From the NCBI GenBank assembly GCA_963704885.1, contig CAVPIB010000004.1, positions 250,044-314,043 of the forward strand: a stretch of DNA of 64,000 bases, given 5' to 3'. The translations under genes were made by a program, and so were the position numbers. Shown here piece by piece: positions 59,573 through 64,000 of the stretch. A model generated the notes under the pieces. That model was given only the letters and a program-made list of their open reading frames with translations, searched no databases and was not told the DNA's origin. How positions within the stretch are numbered: the stretch's first letter is position 1; each line of letters starts with the position of its first letter. This DNA is from an uncultured Actinomycetes bacterium (GTDB taxonomy: Bacteria; Actinomycetota; UBA4738; HRBIN12).

Positions 59573-60615
59573 GCCACGCCCTCGAACTGCTCCAGGAAGC
59601 GGACGTCCCCTTCGACGAAGAGACGCATGTCGGGTACGCCGTACCGGATCATGGCCACCCTTTCGATCCCCAACCCGAACGCGAATCCTGTGTAACGCTC
59701 GCTGTCGTATCCGCAGTTCTCGAGGACCTTCGGGTGGACCATGCCGGCGCCGAGTAGCTCGATCCAGCCGTTGCCGCACGTCCGGCATCCCGCGCCGTCG
59801 CAGACGAAGCACGACACCGCCACCTGCGCGCCCGGCTCGACGAACGGGAAGTAGTCGGGGTTGAGCCGAACACGTCGGTCTGCGCCGAACATCTCGCGCG
59901 CGAACGCCTCGAGCGTGCCCTTCAGATCGGCGAACGAGATCCCCTCATCGACCGCCAGGCACTCCACCTGATGGAATACCGGCAGGTGCGTGGCATCCGG
60001 CGTCTCCTGGCGGAACACGCGTCCGGGACACACGATGTGGATGGGGGGGCCCTCGGCCTCCATCGTTCTGATCTGAGCTGCCGACGTCTCGGTGCGGAGC
60101 AGCATCCCCGGCAGGTCGATGTAGAGCGAATCCTTCATGGTTCGGGCCGGGTGGTCGGGCGGGATGTTCAACGCCTCGAAGTTGTGCCAGTCATCCTCGA
60201 TCTCAGGGCCCTCGACGACCCGGTAGCCCATCCGCGTGAAGACCTCGACGATGCGTCGTTCGACGATGGCAAGAGGATGGAGCGAGCCGTTGGGCGGTCG
60301 CCTGCCGGGGAGAGAAACGTCCACAGCATCTGCCTCGAGCAGATGAGCTTCCGCGCTGATCTCGAGATCGGTGCCGCGTCGCTCGATCGCGGTGTGCAAC
60401 GCATCACGAGTCTCATTCGCCAGTGCGCCCAGTGCCTTGCGGTCGTCATGGTCGAAGCTCCCCAGCGCCCTCTGTACCTCGGAGAACCGCGTCTTACGCC
60501 CGAGCACGGCGACCCTCGCCGCGTCGAGCTCATCACGCGTGCCCGCAGCGGCCACGGCCGCCAAGCCTCGTGTTCGTTCTTCCTCAAGGATCGAGCGTGC
60601 CTGCTGAGGGTCCAT
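59569..60615 (-). CDS. pheS: Phenylalanine--tRNA ligase alpha subunit
   Basis: HPL, NFEALNIPPDHPAR, LRTETS, FHQVE, YFPFVEP, GFAFGLGIER. Confidence 0.97.
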   Translation of the reverse strand: MDPQQARSILEEERTRGLAAVAAAGTRDELDAARVAVLGRKTRFSEVQRALGSFDHDDRKALGALANETRDALHTAIERRGTDLEISAEAHLLEADAVDVSLPGRRPPNGSLHPLAIVERRIVEVFTRMGYRVVEGPEIEDDWHNFEALNIPPDHPARTMKDSLYIDLPGMLLRTETSAAQIRTMEAEGPPIHIVCPGRVFRQETPDATHLPVFHQVECLAVDEGISFADLKGTLEAFAREMFGADRRVRLNPDYFPFVEPGAQVAVSCFVCDGAGCRTCGNGWIELLGAGMVHPKVLENCGYDSERYTGFAFGLGIERVAMIRYGVPDMRLFVEGDVRFLEQFEGVA

Positions 60616-60645
60616 CAGGCCGCCGAGTCTAACAAGGCACCCTGT

Positions 60646-62076
60646 TCAGCCTGCCTGCGGTAGAGGCAGCTCGAGATGGAACGACAGTCGCCCCCCGTCG
60701 ACCTCCCCCCACGCGCGCCCTCCCTGTGCCCGCGCGACCCCTCGGGCGACGAACAGGCCTATCTTGCTGCCCGATCCCGTCCCCGGGCGACGCGCCACGA
60801 ACAGCCCCTCCACGTCGTCGGGCGTGAGGTCGGTCCCGTCGCGCCAGACGCGGAGCCGCAGGACGTCGCCATCGCGCTCCCCGTCGATCGCGATCGGCCC
60901 CTCGCGTCCCCACCACACGAGCGCCTCAACGAACGAGAGCAGCGCCGACTTCAGCCGCGCGGGATCCACCACCAACGACCCGCCGGTTCCCAGCCACCGG
61001 ATCTCCGGGTGCTCGGGGTCTCGACGCTGCGACTCGATGATGGTCTCGGCGAGGTCGGAGAGTTCGACCCGCTCGGGGAACATCTCCAGCGTGCCGGCCG
61101 CCACCCGGCCCGCATCGACCAGTAACCGGAGGATCGTGTCCATCCGATCAGCATCGAACACGATACCCTGCAGCATCAGCGAACGCTGCTCGGGGGTCAT
61201 CGACTCCCATCGCTTCTCCAGGGCGTACCCGAACCCCTTCATGGCGGTCAGCGGCGAACGGATATCGTGAGCGGCCGCCGCGACGATGGTCTCTAGCGGG
61301 ACGGCGCCGCTGCGGTGTTGGCGTGCCCATTCGAACAGACACACAGTGGCGGCGGCCGCGAGGTTCAACGACTCGGCCTTACCGCGGTGTGGGATGCGAA
61401 CGGTCCCGTCGACGGCCTTCAAGACCTCGGACGGCAGTCCATGAGCCTCGTTGCCGAAGACGAGGGCCAAGGGGCCACCCAGATCTGTTGCGTACAGATC
61501 GTCGGCTCCCCTGGCATCCATCGCGAGGATCCGCCGACCTTGCTCATGAGCCAGCTCCAGCACCTCCAGGGTGGGAACGGCCCTAGCGATCGGCAGATGG
61601 AAGACGGATCCGGCCGAGGAACGCACCGTCTTGGGGTTGTAGACGTCTACCGAGCTCGAGGTGAAAACGATCCCGGACGCGCCGGCGGCGTCGCAGGAGC
61701 GCAGGACCGTCCCCGCGTTGCCCGGGTCACGCACCTCGTGGAGGACAACGAGACAACCGTCGGTCGGCAGAGTCTCCAAGGCGGTGTCGACGAATGCCGC
61801 GATCCCGACGATCCCTTGAGGCGTTACCGTCGACGTCAGCTTGGCCATGACGTCGGCACTGACCGCGTGGACCTCTACTCCTTGTTGCCGCGCCCGGATA
61901 GCGAGGGGATCCGACGCGTCGCCGACGAAGAGCTCTCTGAGATGGCCGGGTTGTTCGAGCGCCTCGCCGACGCCCTGAGCGCCCTCGACCAGGAAGCGGC
62001 GATCCTCCTCGCGGAACGCACGCTTCTTCAGGCGAACGGCGGCGGCGACCTTCGGGTTCTTTGCGGACGTCAGCAC
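60646..62076 (-). CDS. TrmH/SpoU RNA methyltransferase fused to HisKA + degenerate HATPase domain
   Basis: VRDPGNAGTVLRS, VFGNEAHGL, ESLNLAAAA; then AHDIRSPLTAMKGF (H box) and GSKIGLFVARG (G2-like), with no stop between them. Confidence 0.88.
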   Translation of the reverse strand: MLTSAKNPKVAAAVRLKKRAFREEDRRFLVEGAQGVGEALEQPGHLRELFVGDASDPLAIRARQQGVEVHAVSADVMAKLTSTVTPQGIVGIAAFVDTALETLPTDGCLVVLHEVRDPGNAGTVLRSCDAAGASGIVFTSSSVDVYNPKTVRSSAGSVFHLPIARAVPTLEVLELAHEQGRRILAMDARGADDLYATDLGGPLALVFGNEAHGLPSEVLKAVDGTVRIPHRGKAESLNLAAAATVCLFEWARQHRSGAVPLETIVAAAAHDIRSPLTAMKGFGYALEKRWESMTPEQRSLMLQGIVFDADRMDTILRLLVDAGRVAAGTLEMFPERVELSDLAETIIESQRRDPEHPEIRWLGTGGSLVVDPARLKSALLSFVEALVWWGREGPIAIDGERDGDVLRLRVWRDGTDLTPDDVEGLFVARRPGTGSGSKIGLFVARGVARAQGGRAWGEVDGGRLSFHLELPLPQAG

Positions 62077-62158
62077 GGCATCCCATCGGGCTCGAGACGC
62101 CCGCAGTCTACGGCTGCAGCCGAGATGGAGGTGTGGGAAGCCCCGCCCGCGGGCGAGA

Positions 62159-62524
62159 TCAGCCGGCCGCTGGAAGGGCGGACTTGGCCGTTTCGACCAG
62201 CGAGGCGAACGCTGTCGGATCATTGACTGCGAGATCGGCGAGGATCTTCCGGTCCACCTCGACCCCTGCGACCTTCAGCCCGTTCATGAACCGCGAGTAC
62301 GGGATCCCGTGCGGGCGAACCGCCGCGTTGATCCGGGCGATCCACAGTCTGCGGAACTGCGCCTTGCGGTCGCGTCGATCACGATAGGCGTAGTTGCCGG
62401 AGTGCATGACCTGTTCCTTGGCCACGCGGTAGCGCGTCCGACGACTCCCCGTGTAGCCCTTCGCTTTGGCCAGGACCTCACGGCGTTTCTTCTTCGCATG
62501 GACCGATCGTTTCACCCGTGCCAT
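62159..62524 (-). CDS. rplT: 50S ribosomal protein L20
   Basis: [27 protein letters not shown]. Confidence 0.98.
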   Translation of the reverse strand: MARVKRSVHAKKKRREVLAKAKGYTGSRRTRYRVAKEQVMHSGNYAYRDRRDRKAQFRRLWIARINAAVRPHGIPYSRFMNGLKVAGVEVDRKILADLAVNDPTAFASLVETAKSALPAAG

Positions 62525-62528
62525 CAGC

Positions 62529-62720
62529 TCACGCTCCCAGGAGGCGCTTGATCTTCTTGCGCTCGCCCTTCACCTCGGACATCCCTTCGACCCGGCGTCG
62601 CCGGCTCGAACTCTTCTTGGTCAGCATGTGGTTGCCTGTGGCCTTGCGATGGAGCACCTTGCCGTTGCGGGTGATCCGGAACCGCTTGGCGGCCGAGCGA
62701 TTCGTCTTCATCTTCGGCAT
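62529..62720 (-). CDS. rpmI: 50S ribosomal protein L35
   Basis: [17 protein letters not shown]. Confidence 0.97.
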   Translation of the reverse strand: MPKMKTNRSAAKRFRITRNGKVLHRKATGNHMLTKKSSSRRRRVEGMSEVKGERKKIKRLLGA

Positions 62721-62725
62721 CATCG

Positions 62726-63280
62726 TTACCCTTCGTCGGACGCGGCCTCGGTGGAGCGGGGCTCGAGGTGCTTCTTGCTGGGCCCGATCACCATGACCAT
62801 GTTCCGCCCTTCCTGCTTCGGCATCGAATCCACGACGATGCTTTCCCCAAGCTCCTGGATCAACCGGTCCAAGATCTTGCGACCGAGATCCGTGTGCGCC
62901 ATCTCGCGCCCCCGGAACATGATCGTGATCTTGACCTTGGCGCCGGCCCGCAGGAACCGCTCGACGTGGCCCTTCTTCGTGTCGTAATCGTGTCGGTCGA
63001 TCTTCGGACGGAACTTGATCTCTTTGACTTCGACCCGCGACTGCTTCTTACGGGCCTCTTTCTGGCGGATGTCGCGTTCGTACTTGTACTTCCCGTAATC
63101 CATGATGCGGCACACCGGCGGATCGGCCTGCGGCGCAACCTCCACTAGATCCAGGTCCAGGTCTTTCGCCTGACGCAGCGCATCTTGGGTGGATACCACT
63201 CCGATCTGCGCGCCGTCGGCCCCCACCAGACGAACCTGTGGAGACCTGATCCGGTCGTTGATCCTCGGATCAGTCGAGAC
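62726..63280 (-). CDS. infC: Translation initiation factor IF-3 (non-canonical start, most likely GTC 63280)
   Basis: PRINDRIR...VRLVG, LDLVEVAP, PPVCRIMDYGKYKYE, KEIKFRPKI; in-frame TGA at 63289-63287 rules out an upstream canonical start. Confidence 0.95.
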   Translation of the reverse strand, partial: VSTDPRINDRIRSPQVRLVGADGAQIGVVSTQDALRQAKDLDLDLVEVAPQADPPVCRIMDYGKYKYERDIRQKEARKKQSRVEVKEIKFRPKIDRHDYDTKKGHVERFLRAGAKVKITIMFRGREMAHTDLGRKILDRLIQELGESIVVDSMPKQEGRNMVMVIGPSKKHLEPRSTEAASDEG

Positions 63281-63297
63281 CCCGCATCACCTCTTTC

Positions 63298-63325
63298 AGA
63301 AAACAAGCACCGGTCGAGCCGGTGC
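63298..63325 (-). terminator. Intrinsic terminator/attenuator in the infC leader
   Basis: GCACCGG-CTCGA-CCGGTGC followed by TTGTTTTCT, between the -10 box and the infC SD. Confidence 0.65.
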
Positions 63326-63359
63326 GCGAAAGCGACAAGTCCTGCACTGCTGACCAGGA

Positions 63360-63365
63360 AGTATA
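63360..63365 (-). promoter_or_regulatory. -10 box (TATACT) of infC-rpmI-rplT
   Basis: Near-consensus hexamer about 80 nt upstream of infC. Confidence 0.6.
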
Positions 63366-63406
63366 GGCGTCGCCCCGGCTCCGTGTCGACGCCGGCCGAG
63401 CGGCCG

Positions 63407-63757
63407 TCACCAATCGGCCTCGAGCGGGCGCCCGTATGCATCTTCGAGCCGCTGCGAATCGTCCTCGGTGGTGTAGCCGTAGGCGATCTCGAGGACCCGG
63501 CCACGCGTCACTCCCACGCACCGGATCCGATGCGTTTCCTCCGCGGCGACCATGAATTCCTCACCGGGCTGAGCTTCCACTATCCGGTTGCCGATCTCGA
63601 TGGTAAGCCCCGCATCCAGCACCACCCACATCTCGTCGCGCATCCGGTGGTAGTGCACGCTCGTTTCCTGCCCCGGCTCGACGGTTATCACGCGCACGGA
63701 GGCCGGTTGGTTGAGGGCATGGGTCGCAACCTTGCCCCACGGTTTGTCGACTATCAT
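63407..63757 (-). CDS. Cupin, mannose-6-phosphate isomerase type II C-terminal-like
   Basis: KPWG, SVHYHRMRDEMW, HRI..., LEIAYG...EDD..RLEDAYGR; ATGA overlap with ribH. Confidence 0.85.
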   Translation of the reverse strand: MIVDKPWGKVATHALNQPASVRVITVEPGQETSVHYHRMRDEMWVVLDAGLTIEIGNRIVEAQPGEEFMVAAEETHRIRCVGVTRGRVLEIAYGYTTEDDSQRLEDAYGRPLEADW

Positions 63758-64000
63758 CCGGCCTCCTGAGGTTCGGGCAGGTCGCTCATGAGCGAGACCA
63801 TGGTGAGCACGGCGTCCGCCGCCTCCCATCCTTTGTTCCCGTGACGACCACCGGCTCGATCCTCGGCTTGAGCCATCGTTTCGACCGCAAGCACCTCGAA
63901 GATCACCGGAAGGCCTGTATCGCGTGCCACGTCGGCGATCCCCCGCGCGGCTTCGTTCGCCACGAGCTCGAAGTGCGCCGTCTCACCGCGAACGATCGCC
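63754..64000 (-). CDS. ribH: 6,7-dimethyl-8-ribityllumazine synthase, C-terminal part (5' truncated by window edge)
   Basis: IVRGETAHFELVA, PVIFEVL, QA..RAGG..GNKGWEAA. Confidence 0.92.
   Translation of the reverse strand, partial: AIVRGETAHFELVANEAARGIADVARDTGLPVIFEVLAVETMAQAEDRAGGRHGNKGWEAADAVLTMVSLMSDLPEPQEAG

Overview
A high-GC chromosomal window from an actinobacterium, probably a deep-branching lineage: it has the actinobacterial 23S domain III insertion and a two-subunit GcvP. Most of it is conserved housekeeping sequence syntenic with the M. tuberculosis Rv1688-Rv1713 and Rv1822-Rv1832 regions: cysS, lnt-ppm1, gcvPA/PB/H, the garA-MerR-DUF151-MerR cluster, tRNA-Pro, der-cmk-aroA-tyrA-aroH-rluB-scpBA-trpS, pdp-deoB, xerD-ald-NUDIX-pyrG, steAB-recN-ppnK-tlyA, a complete rRNA operon without tRNAs, tyrS, an aPBP, mpg-polX-argF-pheTS, rplT-rpmI-infC and ribH. 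I found no IS, prophage or CRISPR array. The strongest candidate for a new system is a stand-alone 245-aa reverse transcriptase (2578-3315). Its catalytic aspartates are intact, its YxDD motif reads WVDD, and it has no thumb. It has its own promoter and a leader hairpin that hides its Shine-Dalgarno (SD) sequence. It sits between an Lrp regulator and an amidohydrolase, and a separately promoted, 6S-like structured RNA candidate (about 4912-5080) lies 1.6 kb downstream. Other notable signals: a dif site at the point where gene orientation switches (7785-7812); a perfect parS-like palindrome inside a 27-aa insertion in aroA only 12.7 kb from dif; a TrmH fused to a degenerate histidine kinase; non-canonical starts (GTC infC, ATC trpS, ACG steA); PafBC-type DNA-damage promoters on recN and an ssb paralog; a frameshifted hpt; a catalytically dead site-2 protease; a TyrS lacking the HIGH histidines; and a class A PBP that looks like a lipoprotein. 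All family assignments come from motif recognition and recall, not database searches.
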